The notes beneath the pieces were generated by a model, which searched no databases, was not told the DNA's origin, and saw nothing but the letters and a program-made list of their open reading frames with translations. Of a stretch of 50,020 nucleotides of DNA, positions 1 through 8,362 are shown in pieces. The DNA comes from a virus (Duplodnaviria > Caudoviricetes). How positions within the stretch are numbered: the stretch's first letter is position 1; each line of letters opens with the position of its first letter. Position numbers and translations under genes: made by a program. Where the stretch lies: positions 1 through 50,020 of the IMG/VR virus record IMGVR_UViG_3300037781_000013; one strand, given 5' to 3'.

Positions 1-127
1 GGAGGATGTGCCCGTTGGTTGTGTTGTTCAATATGACGATGAACTATATCTAAAGCTAGATGAACAAGCAGATGATGACGGTGATTATTACTGTGCTAAG
101 TTTGCAAGGGAAAGTCGTGGAGATCGT
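1..127. repeat. 127-bp direct repeat identical to 49894-50020 (circular assembly overlap)
   Basis: Exact sequence identity at both window ends; an ORF reads through the junction in frame. Confidence 0.9.
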
Positions 128-214
128 TTTAAATACATAAATAAAGACGATATTGTTTTTTGTAATGAAAACATAAACTTATTAGAGATAGTTAATGCAA
201 TTTGTATAGAGTAA
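2..214 (+). CDS. 3' part of a hypothetical early protein that starts at ~49865 and spans the circular junction
   Basis: Frame is continuous with MIKESGAMALEDVPVGCVVQ from 49865. Confidence 0.75.
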   Translation, partial: EDVPVGCVVQYDDELYLKLDEQADDDGDYYCAKFARESRGDRFKYINKDDIVFCNENINLLEIVNAICIE

Positions 215-215
215 T

Positions 216-230
216 TATAACAATGTTATA
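216..230. promoter_or_regulatory. 15-bp dyad TATAACAATGTTATA (perfect copy)
   Basis: Recurrent palindrome, 11 bp upstream of a -35 box. Confidence 0.8.
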
Positions 231-241
231 AGCCGTTAGGC

Positions 242-269
242 TTGACATTTACTTATTATTCTGTAGAAT
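242..269 (+). promoter_or_regulatory. sigma70 promoter
   Basis: TTGACA-N16-TAGAAT, followed by a GGAGGA RBS and ATG at 295. Confidence 0.75.
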
Positions 270-294
270 GGGAACCCTAGATGGAGGAATTGTT

Positions 295-399
295 ATGAAC
301 TTGCGCGACTTATTCTGGATGACTGTGACAATATTATTTATGATGGTTGTTATGTCTCCTTTCGTTATCGTGGGCATACAATCCACTGTTAATTATTAA
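295..399 (+). CDS. small hydrophobic (membrane) protein, 34 aa
   Basis: GGAGGA RBS; MNLRDLFWMTVTILFMMVVMSPFVIVGIQSTVNY; below the ORF-track cutoff. Confidence 0.6.
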   Translation: MNLRDLFWMTVTILFMMVVMSPFVIVGIQSTVNY

Positions 400-410
400 A
401 CACACGTACA

Positions 411-425
411 TATAACAATGTTATA
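411..425. promoter_or_regulatory. 15-bp dyad TATAACAATGTTATA (perfect copy)
   Basis: Immediately 5' of a GGGAGA RBS. Confidence 0.8.
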
Positions 426-438
426 CGGGAGAATAAAC

Positions 439-780
439 ATGATTGATTGGTATATACTGGATGACAACAACAACGTAGTTAAAGCAGCCACTTACCTAGA
501 AGGAGCTGAATGGCTGGAAAGAAATAGAGACAGGAAGCGTGTAGCGCAAGATGATGTAGTGATTGATGGGCAAACATATTGGGTTAGCACTGTGTTCCTT
601 GGTATTGATCATGGGTATGACAATAATAGTGTGCCTGTAGTATTTGAAACTATGGTTTTTGCGAAGGACAGTGGAGGAAACATAAACTACTCTGAGCTGT
701 ATATGAACAGGTATTCATACTATGATGACGCATTGGCTGGTCATGAGTATGTAGTAAGCAACTTAGAAAGTTTAATTTAA
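439..780 (+). CDS. conserved phage hypothetical protein
   Basis: VSTVFLGIDH...FETMVF motif recalled from many phage proteins; start moved to the ATG at 439 after the RBS. Confidence 0.75.
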   Translation: MIDWYILDDNNNVVKAATYLEGAEWLERNRDRKRVAQDDVVIDGQTYWVSTVFLGIDHGYDNNSVPVVFETMVFAKDSGGNINYSELYMNRYSYYDDALAGHEYVVSNLESLI

Positions 781-782
781 TT

Positions 783-797
783 TATAACATTGTTATA
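783..797. promoter_or_regulatory. 15-bp dyad TATAACATTGTTATA (perfect copy)
   Basis: Abuts an AGGAGA RBS. Confidence 0.8.
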
Positions 798-809
798 AGG
801 AGAAATATT

Positions 810-1223
810 ATGAACGAAGCGATTTTGATTTATTTGTATTTGGTTTTAGGCTCACTCATTGAAGTGATGTTGTTTGCAGGAGTGATTGGAAGTGTTGCAT
901 GGGGCTTCTTGTTCATTGGTTCTGATGGCGACCTAGTGTTTGACCAGACAGAAGAGGGAACAGGCGAATATAAAATGCAGAGAGGTTTAAATCTATTTGG
1001 TAAGCTCTCTATAATCGTGTTGATTACAGGCTCTCTACTTGCTGTACTCTACCCGGATAAAGATGATTTAAAATGGATTATTGGCGGTGCTATTGTATGG
1101 AATGGTGCTGAAACAGCATCACAGATGGAGAGTGTACAACGATTACCAGACAACCTAGTGAATGCAGCTAATCACTTCCTTGAATCTATTGAGGACACAG
1201 GAGATGAAACTACTGAAGAGTAA
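810..1223 (+). CDS. hypothetical membrane protein
   Basis: Two to three hydrophobic segments; RBS. Confidence 0.75.
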   Translation: MNEAILIYLYLVLGSLIEVMLFAGVIGSVAWGFLFIGSDGDLVFDQTEEGTGEYKMQRGLNLFGKLSIIVLITGSLLAVLYPDKDDLKWIIGGAIVWNGAETASQMESVQRLPDNLVNAANHFLESIEDTGDETTEE

Positions 1224-1341
1224 CGACCCTGATTTTAAATTAATATGGTGTGCCACTGGACAGAAGTATTTCTTGTATTACAAAAAGAGATTGTTTAAGG
1301 TGGCATATAAATATTCAGAAGTGAGGCCATACGTAGAATGA
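1204..1341 (+). CDS. small basic hypothetical protein, 45 aa
   Basis: Fills the gap; stop overlaps the next start (ATGA). Confidence 0.55.
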   Translation: MKLLKSNDPDFKLIWCATGQKYFLYYKKRLFKVAYKYSEVRPYVE

Positions 1342-1718
1342 CTAGAATTAATGTACTACCGCCTGAAGTGTTAAGCAGAGAACACTTGATAGCTGAATAC
1401 CATGAACTACCTAGAGTGTTCACTTACGTTGAAAGACACGGCGTTGCTGGCGTTCGTCCAGCAAATTATTGCATGGGTGCAGGGCATGTTAAATTCTTTA
1501 CAAACAAGCTGTTATATTTGCATAACAGATATAGCAGAATATATGAGGAAATGTTATATCGTGGGTATAGTGTGAACAAAGCTACGTACAACAAATGGGA
1601 CGTATACATGCATAAAATAATTGATGATAGCATTGTTCGTCAGGTATGCTGGACACCTAGCCCTTCCGACTGTTATACTAATATGAACAGATTAGTTGAG
1701 AGAGGATACAATGACTGA
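1338..1718 (+). CDS. denV: pyrimidine dimer DNA glycosylase (T4 endonuclease V-like)
   Basis: MTRIN N-terminus, HLIAEYHELPRVF and GHVKFF..KL.YL..RY motifs. Confidence 0.9.
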   Translation: MTRINVLPPEVLSREHLIAEYHELPRVFTYVERHGVAGVRPANYCMGAGHVKFFTNKLLYLHNRYSRIYEEMLYRGYSVNKATYNKWDVYMHKIIDDSIVRQVCWTPSPSDCYTNMNRLVERGYND

Positions 1719-2139
1719 GTTTAAAGTGGGAGACACTGTTAAGGTTGTTGATGTAGCTCCGATAAATAGAAATTCGTGGCCTACATGGAACAAGCCTATG
1801 GATAAGTACGTTGGAATGAAACTTACAGTAGACAATATTGTGAGGTATGAGGGGGATTTGTGTTACTACTTAAGTAACGGTTGGAATTACCATCCTGACT
1901 GGATTGAACCTGCCAATGCCCAATCTAATAACAATGTTATAACATCCGTTATGCCTACAGAGGGGCAATGCATAGCTATATGGGAATTTGCAGGGCACAG
2001 GTGGAGCAAGAACTTAAAGATAGAAGATGGGGTTATGTATGTCTATGATGATGTGCATGACGATGAGTGGGTAGAGGTAGACTGGAAACCCAACGAACAT
2101 CAAACAAACGTAATGTATATACTTGAAAATGAAACGTAG
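1711..2139 (+). CDS. hypothetical protein with an N-terminal FKVGDTV (KOW/SH3-like) motif
   Basis: ORF with AGAGGA RBS; contains a one-mismatch dyad copy at 1927-1941. Confidence 0.7.
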   Translation: MTEFKVGDTVKVVDVAPINRNSWPTWNKPMDKYVGMKLTVDNIVRYEGDLCYYLSNGWNYHPDWIEPANAQSNNNVITSVMPTEGQCIAIWEFAGHRWSKNLKIEDGVMYVYDDVHDDEWVEVDWKPNEHQTNVMYILENET

Positions 2140-2219
2140 AAAAGACAGGCGCATAAACATACGTGGAATTGCTACATTTGGTAGCAAGAAACATAAACCA
2201 AAGAAAGGTAAAGGAAGCT

Positions 2220-2609
2220 ATGACCGCAAGAACTGGAAGAATAGCACCTCATGAACATAGAGAAGTGCAGCTTGTACTCGGTGGACTAAAACCCTTAGCT
2301 GTTATAGAGAAACATAAAGACCCTATAGGCTATTCAATAGCTACAGCACTTTCTAAAGTAGGGCTTCTAAGTGTTTGTTTTATAAGGGAAAGTAGGGATA
2401 GTCCAGAGGGAGAGGTGGTGGTAGTTAGAAGGCATTGTGAGCATTTAATAGAGCAATACAATAGCTTGCAATCTGACGGAGTTAAGCGTCTTGGTATTAA
2501 GGAATATCATAGGCAAATGGGAAAACTTTTTGGGTATTCTGATGAAGACATTGAGAAGTTTATTCAGAATAATATTGAGTGTAATTGTTCAAAATGTAGA
2601 GGAAATTAA
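2220..2609 (+). CDS. conserved hypothetical protein
   Basis: PHE.RE..L.L.G.KPLA ... G.LFGY..EDI.KF pattern; C-terminal CxCxxC. Confidence 0.7.
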   Translation: MTARTGRIAPHEHREVQLVLGGLKPLAVIEKHKDPIGYSIATALSKVGLLSVCFIRESRDSPEGEVVVVRRHCEHLIEQYNSLQSDGVKRLGIKEYHRQMGKLFGYSDEDIEKFIQNNIECNCSKCRGN

Positions 2610-2611
2610 TT

Positions 2612-2929
2612 ATGAATGAAGAAGAAAGAAACATCTTGCGAGAAGTAGAAGATAGAAGGTGGAACACTGCCAGCAGAATGCATACCAGCGGATTCTGGTC
2701 AGGCTTGGGGATAATGGCTTCATTGTCTCTCCTGTTAAATAATGAGCCTTGGACATTCTTCTTCTGGTTTGGTGTTGTGTTCCTTCCTGTTCTGTCTTTT
2801 ATGGCATACAAGAACTGGAAGCTATCCAAGTCTTTCGATGATTTGGAGACACAAGGTATGCAACACTTGGCAGTGATGTCTCGTATTCTATCCGAAGCAC
2901 TGGAAGAGGTTGACAAATCTAAAGATTAG
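2612..2929 (+). CDS. hypothetical membrane protein
   Basis: Two hydrophobic segments; GAGGA RBS. Confidence 0.7.
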   Translation: MNEEERNILREVEDRRWNTASRMHTSGFWSGLGIMASLSLLLNNEPWTFFFWFGVVFLPVLSFMAYKNWKLSKSFDDLETQGMQHLAVMSRILSEALEEVDKSKD

Positions 2930-2937
2930 TGTATAAT
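2910..2937 (+). promoter_or_regulatory. sigma70 promoter
   Basis: Perfect TTGACA-N16-TATAAT. Confidence 0.8.
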
Positions 2938-3055
2938 AAGAATTGTATAATATACTATATACATATATTTATATAATAAATATATAATACATATTATATA
3001 TTATATATAATTCTAAATACATTATAACATTGTTATAAATACTATATACATAATA
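2938..3055. other. near-pure A/T tract containing a dyad copy (3023-3037)
   Basis: About 120 bp almost devoid of G/C. Confidence 0.8.
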
Positions 3056-3066
3056 GGAGATATATT

Positions 3067-3321
3067 ATGAATAAACTTAAATTCTACTACACCAATGGTA
3101 AAACATACAACGCATCCAGAGTGACCAGTCATATTGTAACGCCTCACTCAGTTGATTACATTCGTGATGTTGTGGTGGATAATATCCGCAAGAGTGAGTT
3201 TATATCTGTACCACTCACAGACTTGGCTTGTCTGAAAGTGAAGGACTCAAAAGATCATTCCGACACTTTTCACCGCATCAAGCCTAGTCATCCAGTGTGT
3301 GTATCTATTAACAAAGGGTAG
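3067..3321 (+). CDS. hypothetical protein
   Basis: AGGAGA RBS. Confidence 0.7.
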   Translation: MNKLKFYYTNGKTYNASRVTSHIVTPHSVDYIRDVVVDNIRKSEFISVPLTDLACLKVKDSKDHSDTFHRIKPSHPVCVSINKG

Positions 3322-3323
3322 TC

Positions 3324-3626
3324 ATGAACACCTTCTATATGCTGTATCTAGGAGAGTATCCTATATCCCCAACTCTCTCTGAAGAGATGCAGGAAGTGTT
3401 GTTTGATTTGGGTTATGGTTGGGGGTCGGCGAGAAAGACTTCATATGAGGACTTAGTGGCTAAACAAGTCACCACTGTAGTAGTTAATGATGGATATAAG
3501 AGACTAACCCATTCAACTAGAGGGTTCAGACGATTTTCTGATGGACAAAGGCCAGTGGATTATCGTCCGGGTGATGAAGTAGTGTATATAAACGTGGAGG
3601 AGATATGGGACACATTGAATACATAA
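3324..3626 (+). CDS. hypothetical protein
   Basis: ORF in operon; QEVLFDLGYGW resembles ILLNFGYTW in 11298-11534. Confidence 0.7.
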   Translation: MNTFYMLYLGEYPISPTLSEEMQEVLFDLGYGWGSARKTSYEDLVAKQVTTVVVNDGYKRLTHSTRGFRRFSDGQRPVDYRPGDEVVYINVEEIWDTLNT

Positions 3627-3817
3627 TGCTAATTGTGTCAGGCATCATAGCCTATCTAATAGGCAAGAAAGCTGGCCGTAAGGCTGGCGAACTAGATGCT
3701 GCCAAGAAGCATGAAGACGATATAGCTGCACTCAACGATCAATTCTTTGGTATTCTCCGAGAGGGAGCCAAGGAAGACGGAGAGGTGGTTATTAAAATGA
3801 CCCTTAAGGAGAAATAA
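3605..3817 (+). CDS. small membrane-anchored protein
   Basis: GGAGGAG RBS; N-terminal transmembrane segment. Confidence 0.7.
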   Translation: MGHIEYIMLIVSGIIAYLIGKKAGRKAGELDAAKKHEDDIAALNDQFFGILREGAKEDGEVVIKMTLKEK

Positions 3818-3818
3818 C

Positions 3819-3983
3819 ATGAGAAGTTTAATATTTATATTGTCTATGTTCTGTTTTATAGGTGCGACACATTTAGGATATTTTCCAGAAGATGTGTTTG
3901 AAGCCGAGTCTGTTGGTCTAGCTTTATTCTTAGGGTTGTGGGTTATTATGGACTTTATAGCCGTTTCAAAAGGTAAGTTATAA
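3819..3983 (+). CDS. small membrane protein, 54 aa
   Basis: AGGAG RBS; two hydrophobic segments; stop codon lies inside the dyad at 3979-3993. Confidence 0.6.
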   Translation: MRSLIFILSMFCFIGATHLGYFPEDVFEAESVGLALFLGLWVIMDFIAVSKGKL

Positions 3984-3993
3984 CAATGTTATA
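3979..3993. promoter_or_regulatory. 15-bp dyad TATAACAATGTTATA (perfect copy)
   Basis: Supplies the TAA stop of the upstream ORF and the ATG of the downstream ORF. Confidence 0.8.
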
Positions 3994-4096
3994 TTTTACT
4001 TATTTCTTCTCAGGCTTCCTAACAGCTATAATGGTGATGGTGGGGATTGCCTGTACATACGGCCCTAGTGACGATGATGAGGACGATGAGGAATAA
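3986..4096 (+). CDS. small membrane protein with acidic tail, 36 aa
   Basis: MLYFTYFFSGFLTAIMVMVGIACTYGPSDDDEDDEE. Confidence 0.5.
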   Translation: MLYFTYFFSGFLTAIMVMVGIACTYGPSDDDEDDEE

Positions 4097-4100
4097 AAAG

Positions 4101-4280
4101 ATGATAGCATTTAAGATCATACTTAAGCTGACAGGCTTGACAATCCTCTTCTGGTGTGTAATAATGTTCACATCCTATCTAGTAGGAATACCGGAATACT
4201 GGATGGACTTTTTCAATGGCTTTGTTACATGTTACATCTGGTTTAAAACAAAACTATCGGAGGAACTCTGGAATGAGTAG
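4101..4280 (+). CDS. small membrane protein
   Basis: GAGGA RBS; hydrophobic. Confidence 0.6.
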   Translation: MIAFKIILKLTGLTILFWCVIMFTSYLVGIPEYWMDFFNGFVTCYIWFKTKLSEELWNE

Positions 4281-4458
4281 CGATACAATAGAAACATTCA
4301 TTATTGAAGGCGAAGAGATAGCAGCACATAGCATGTATGCTGCCAAGATGGCTCACCGTGTCATTAAACAGGAACGGGAACGTAAGCAAAAAGAAAAGGC
4401 TGACCGCCTTGAACGTGACGCTTACTTGAAACGTACACAGCCGTACAACAACGGCTAA
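4273..4458 (+). CDS. hypothetical protein
   Basis: GGAGGA RBS; charged C-terminal helix. Confidence 0.6.
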   Translation: MSSDTIETFIIEGEEIAAHSMYAAKMAHRVIKQERERKQKEKADRLERDAYLKRTQPYNNG

Positions 4459-4460
4459 CA

Positions 4461-4475
4461 TATAACATTGTTATA
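4461..4475. promoter_or_regulatory. 15-bp dyad TATAACATTGTTATA (perfect copy)
   Basis: Abuts the GAGGAG RBS of the vWA gene. Confidence 0.8.
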
Positions 4476-4487
4476 AGAGGAGATGAT

Positions 4488-6176
4488 ATGAATAGTAGCT
4501 GGATGCTCCAGTCACATAGACGACTCATCAATGCTTTGGTAGATGGTAATGGTTTACGCTACAGAGAAGTTGATTGGGACGAATATGGCGAGGTGAAAGA
4601 GCGACATGGTGAGGTGGTGATGCCCCACTTTGATCCAACAATGACAGAGGAAGAGCTGGACAATTGGATGGATATGCTCATCACAAAAACTTACCAACGT
4701 AACAAAAACAACAGGAGTGATTTGGATTACATACCTGAAGGTGATGGATTGAAAAGTATTCATTCCCTTGTGTGTGATCAGAACACAAAACTAAGCCAAC
4801 ACCGCCGCCTCATAGGTGCAGATGAATATTCTGCCAGAGCCGCTGAGAAGCGATATGAGAGCGTTTTGGGTGACACTAATATCTCCCCACAGGCTAGGGC
4901 CTTAAATGCGCTTGACGCGTCTGTGAGAGCCTCTAACAGCATGGTTAATGGTGGGGTTGCGGGTAGTTTGGTGAATTCTCTGGATGGAGAGGCCAAAACT
5001 CTGTATGATAAACTAATGGACGGTGTGTTCGACGAGATGGTGGAACAACGTGAATCAGGGATTGACAATTTCAATCTGGCTAACAAGATAGCCTCAATTT
5101 TAAATGTTCAACAAGAGGAGCCGCCACAAGGCGGAGAAGGTGAAAGTGATGCAGACCAATCAGGTGATGGAGAAGATCAGCAAGGTTCACAAGAAAAGCA
5201 ACGTGGAGATGATGCATCTGCACAGGCTCAAGAGGCAGAAGGGGAAGGAGAGGAAGAACAGGATGGAGACAGTGAGAGCCAAAAGATCAAGCCTATGACA
5301 GACTTGGGGGATGGGTATTCCAGCTATGAAGTGGGAATAAACAAAGAGATGGACTTCTCTGCGTACGACCTATCCAAGCAAATAATCCCTTGGGACGTAC
5401 ATGTAATTAGTACAGCGGGGCATGAACAGTCTGGAAGTGGTGGCCGATACCAGAGCATACGCAAGGTGATGCCACAAGCCCTGTCTGCCAAGGTGAGAAA
5501 CATTCTCAAGGTGATGAGTCAGGCCCGATATGTAGGAGGGCATAAGAGAGGGAAGATTAATAAACGTGTAATTTCCTCAGTTGTTAGTGGGAATGAACGT
5601 ATATTCAGACAGAAAGAAGTTAAGGACGTACTGGACACCTCTGTTCTCCTAGTAGTGGATAGCTCAGGCAGTATGCATGGCTCTCGCTACACACATGCTT
5701 GTGCCGCAGCAGCATCTATGGTGGAATGTTTGAAGAAACTTAACATCAACCATGCAGTGTATGGCTTTAGTACAGGACACGCAGGGTGTGTTGTGTATGA
5801 GCACAAGAAATTCAATGAATCAGGAGTTGACAGCGACACCATAATCCGTAGAATGACTAGTCATAAGGTGGATATGAATGGCAATGCTGACGCTGAAGCA
5901 TTGATATACACTGTGGACAAGCTGATTAAGCAGAAACAGAAACGTAAAATCATGATTGTATTATCAGATGGACAACCAGCAGGAGGTAGCAATCCCCATG
6001 AATTTCTAAAACTAACTTGCAGAGACATTGAGAGAAATAGCCCTTGTGAACTATATGGGGTAGGCATTGAGTCAGACTGTGTTCAACATTTCTACTCAAA
6101 CAACAAGGTGCTTAACAAGCCTTCCCAACTTGAAGCAACACTACTTAATTTATTTAAAGACGCTATAATCAAATAG
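4488..6176 (+). CDS. CobT-like von Willebrand factor A domain protein
   Basis: MIDAS motif DSSGSM, LSDGQP, acidic linker; adjacent to a MoxR-type AAA+ gene. Confidence 0.85.
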   Translation: MNSSWMLQSHRRLINALVDGNGLRYREVDWDEYGEVKERHGEVVMPHFDPTMTEEELDNWMDMLITKTYQRNKNNRSDLDYIPEGDGLKSIHSLVCDQNTKLSQHRRLIGADEYSARAAEKRYESVLGDTNISPQARALNALDASVRASNSMVNGGVAGSLVNSLDGEAKTLYDKLMDGVFDEMVEQRESGIDNFNLANKIASILNVQQEEPPQGGEGESDADQSGDGEDQQGSQEKQRGDDASAQAQEAEGEGEEEQDGDSESQKIKPMTDLGDGYSSYEVGINKEMDFSAYDLSKQIIPWDVHVISTAGHEQSGSGGRYQSIRKVMPQALSAKVRNILKVMSQARYVGGHKRGKINKRVISSVVSGNERIFRQKEVKDVLDTSVLLVVDSSGSMHGSRYTHACAAAASMVECLKKLNINHAVYGFSTGHAGCVVYEHKKFNESGVDSDTIIRRMTSHKVDMNGNADAEALIYTVDKLIKQKQKRKIMIVLSDGQPAGGSNPHEFLKLTCRDIERNSPCELYGVGIESDCVQHFYSNNKVLNKPSQLEATLLNLFKDAIIK

Positions 6177-6185
6177 GAGATTATT

Positions 6186-7265
6186 ATGACTGACACTAAA
6201 GACAAACTACGCAGCGAACTTGAAGCTCGACTAGGTAAGGCACAGCCTGAACAGAAAGAGCCAGAGAAGCCTGTTGTATTCTTCAACCACAAAGCTCGAC
6301 CCAAGAAGGGCAGCCGGAGCTATAAGGATATTATTGGTGAAGATCATCCAGCGGGTGACTTCTACTTCCATCACACCTATCGTGAGGCAGATGATTGGCC
6401 TGAGAATATCCGGGGCATGATTCCAGAGGTGGACAAAAACCACAAGTTTGACCATGACTATGCCCTGCTTATCCTTATGGGCATTGAGTTCAACAAGACG
6501 GTGTTTGCCTATGGCCCTCCCGGTACTGGTAAGACAACTACGCCTGAACAGATATGTGCTCGTATCAATCGCCCCTTTGCCTTCATTGGTGGTATGGGCG
6601 GCACTGAGCCAAGTGACTACGTTGGTATGCCTTGGGTACATGAGAAGAACGGTGCTTCTGTTATGGAATGGAAGGATGCTATGGCTTCATTCTGTGTACG
6701 TAATGGTGTATACCTTCTGTATGATGAGCCATTCAAAGCCTCAGCACAGACAAACATGTGCTTCCAGTCTTTGCTGGATGACCGTAAGACATTGAAGCTG
6801 TACGGACACCCTGACCCTGTAGAGGGCAACCTCAAGGCTCACAAGGACTTCCGTATATGTCTTGCCGACAACGTGCGTGGCTTTGGTGACAATATGGACA
6901 AGTATGCTGCTGAGATACAAGATCAGAGTACTCTCAATAGGTGTGCATACAAAGTGCATGTTGACTATGTGCCTGAAGACGTAGAGATGCAAATTCTCAA
7001 GGCTAAGTACCCGGATGCAACGGACGATTTGGTTAAATGCATTGTGTCTCTTGCCAATCTGCTCCGTAACGCATGGAAGAAGGGAGAAGTTGAGGCTCCG
7101 TATTCTATACGGGATACACAGGAGTTTGTTGAGGCTGCTCTGTTCCAGAAAGACATCGGACGAGCCTTCACTCAAACGTACTATGGAGCCATCCAAGAGG
7201 ACGAGGAACGTAACGCAGTGGAGAAATGCTTCAAGATGGCATTTGGTAGCAAAGCCTCTCTATAG
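6186..7265 (+). CDS. CobS/MoxR-family AAA+ ATPase
   Basis: Walker A GPPGTGKT, Walker B LLYDE, sensor-1 N, STLNR arginine finger, SIRD sensor-2. Confidence 0.9.
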   Translation: MTDTKDKLRSELEARLGKAQPEQKEPEKPVVFFNHKARPKKGSRSYKDIIGEDHPAGDFYFHHTYREADDWPENIRGMIPEVDKNHKFDHDYALLILMGIEFNKTVFAYGPPGTGKTTTPEQICARINRPFAFIGGMGGTEPSDYVGMPWVHEKNGASVMEWKDAMASFCVRNGVYLLYDEPFKASAQTNMCFQSLLDDRKTLKLYGHPDPVEGNLKAHKDFRICLADNVRGFGDNMDKYAAEIQDQSTLNRCAYKVHVDYVPEDVEMQILKAKYPDATDDLVKCIVSLANLLRNAWKKGEVEAPYSIRDTQEFVEAALFQKDIGRAFTQTYYGAIQEDEERNAVEKCFKMAFGSKASL

Positions 7266-7275
7266 GGGCTTTGTT
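7251..7275 (+). terminator. putative intrinsic terminator or hairpin at the end of the AAA+ gene
   Basis: AAAGCCTCT-CTAT-AGGGGCTTT followed by GTT; weak U-tract. Confidence 0.5.
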
Positions 7276-7289
7276 ATAACATTGTTATA
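7275..7289. promoter_or_regulatory. 15-bp dyad TATAACATTGTTATA (perfect copy)
   Basis: Abuts an AGGAGA RBS. Confidence 0.8.
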
Positions 7290-7300
7290 AGGAGAGCGTT

Positions 7301-7522
7301 ATGGAATCTGTTTTAATTGTGTTGTCAAACTCTGAGCTACAAGACGACCCCACTAGAATTGAAATCAGTGCGAACTGTGTTGAGATGGTAGCTGATGGTG
7401 GGCATAGCTATTGTATATTTGATAACGATAGCTTAGAGGCGTGGGAAGAGATAGAGTTGAGACAAAATAAATGGATTTATAATAACAATTCATACGAGTA
7501 TTTTGATATATTATCAAACTAA
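7301..7522 (+). CDS. hypothetical protein
   Basis: RBS, ORF. Confidence 0.65.
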   Translation: MESVLIVLSNSELQDDPTRIEISANCVEMVADGGHSYCIFDNDSLEAWEEIELRQNKWIYNNNSYEYFDILSN

Positions 7523-7540
7523 ACTAAAGAGGAATCTATT

Positions 7541-7945
7541 ATGAATATTGAAGAATTTACAGAACAAATTGAAGAAGTGAAAGGTGAGCTTAAGAAGGCT
7601 CTGTTTGACAGCGAAGGTGAGAGCAGCCATTCAGCAGGAGTGCATGTTGCAGCCCTTACGGAGATGCGTATGGAAGTGTGCTGGTGTATGGCACGACATT
7701 CCTTTGAGGAAGAAGGGAACACCAATCCCACTGAAGAAGAGCTACGTGGCCGAGCCAATCAAATGATTATGGAGCTTGTTCAAGGAGAAGTGTTGTCCAT
7801 TCTTGCAGCTGAGTCAGGGCTTGAGCCTGAAGAGTTTATCAGCAAGCTCTCTGGTGAAGAACCTAAAAAGAAAACAGACGTTAAGGACTTGCTGAAAGAC
7901 AAGAAAGGCAACCTGTACGAAGTGGACTTCACTAAGAAACACTAA
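7541..7945 (+). CDS. acidic hypothetical protein
   Basis: GAGGA RBS. Confidence 0.75.
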   Translation: MNIEEFTEQIEEVKGELKKALFDSEGESSHSAGVHVAALTEMRMEVCWCMARHSFEEEGNTNPTEEELRGRANQMIMELVQGEVLSILAAESGLEPEEFISKLSGEEPKKKTDVKDLLKDKKGNLYEVDFTKKH

Positions 7946-8075
7946 TGAAATTCACATACCAAATTAAAGGTGATTTGGTTATCATTTGTAAAGAAGACAG
8001 AGGCAGTAGAATTTATATGTCTATTCCTTATGATAACCTCCACCTACTGGAAACTCTGTTAGAGGAGATTAAGAA

Positions 8076-8360
8076 ATGACTACGCATACATTTACAGCAG
8101 AGGTGGAGATAGGCGGAAGCACTATCCAATGTGATGTTGAGATAGATGAGACTGATCTTAAGGATTGGTATAGCTCCAATTGCGACTCTGACGATATACT
8201 TGAGTTGGTAGATAACTACCTAACAGCTGAAGAGATTGTTTTACGTGAGCTAGAAGCTGTTGACCCCGGAAATAGTCTTACAGCATTGGCTTCTCTATTA
8301 GGCTTAAGTGAGGAGGACGTTATACATTTGGTGAATGAACACCTAGACTTGGAGCTATAG
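8076..8360 (+). CDS. highly acidic hypothetical protein
   Basis: GAGGAG RBS; very D/E-rich. Confidence 0.7.
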   Translation: MTTHTFTAEVEIGGSTIQCDVEIDETDLKDWYSSNCDSDDILELVDNYLTAEEIVLRELEAVDPGNSLTALASLLGLSEEDVIHLVNEHLDLEL

Positions 8361-8362
8361 CT

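Noticed and set aside
216-797. CRISPR array made of the dyad repeats
   Set aside because: Repeats are only 15 bp, spaced hundreds to thousands of bp apart with genes in between, and there are no cas genes
783-797. Dyad as a canonical Zur box or an extended -10 promoter
   Set aside because: Half-sites are in the opposite order to the Zur box; as a -10 element it would start transcription inside the adjacent RBS
6186-7265. True cobaltochelatase (cobS/cobT) auxiliary metabolic genes
   Set aside because: No CobN partner; the motifs support only a general MoxR AAA+/vWA pair, so no gene symbol was given
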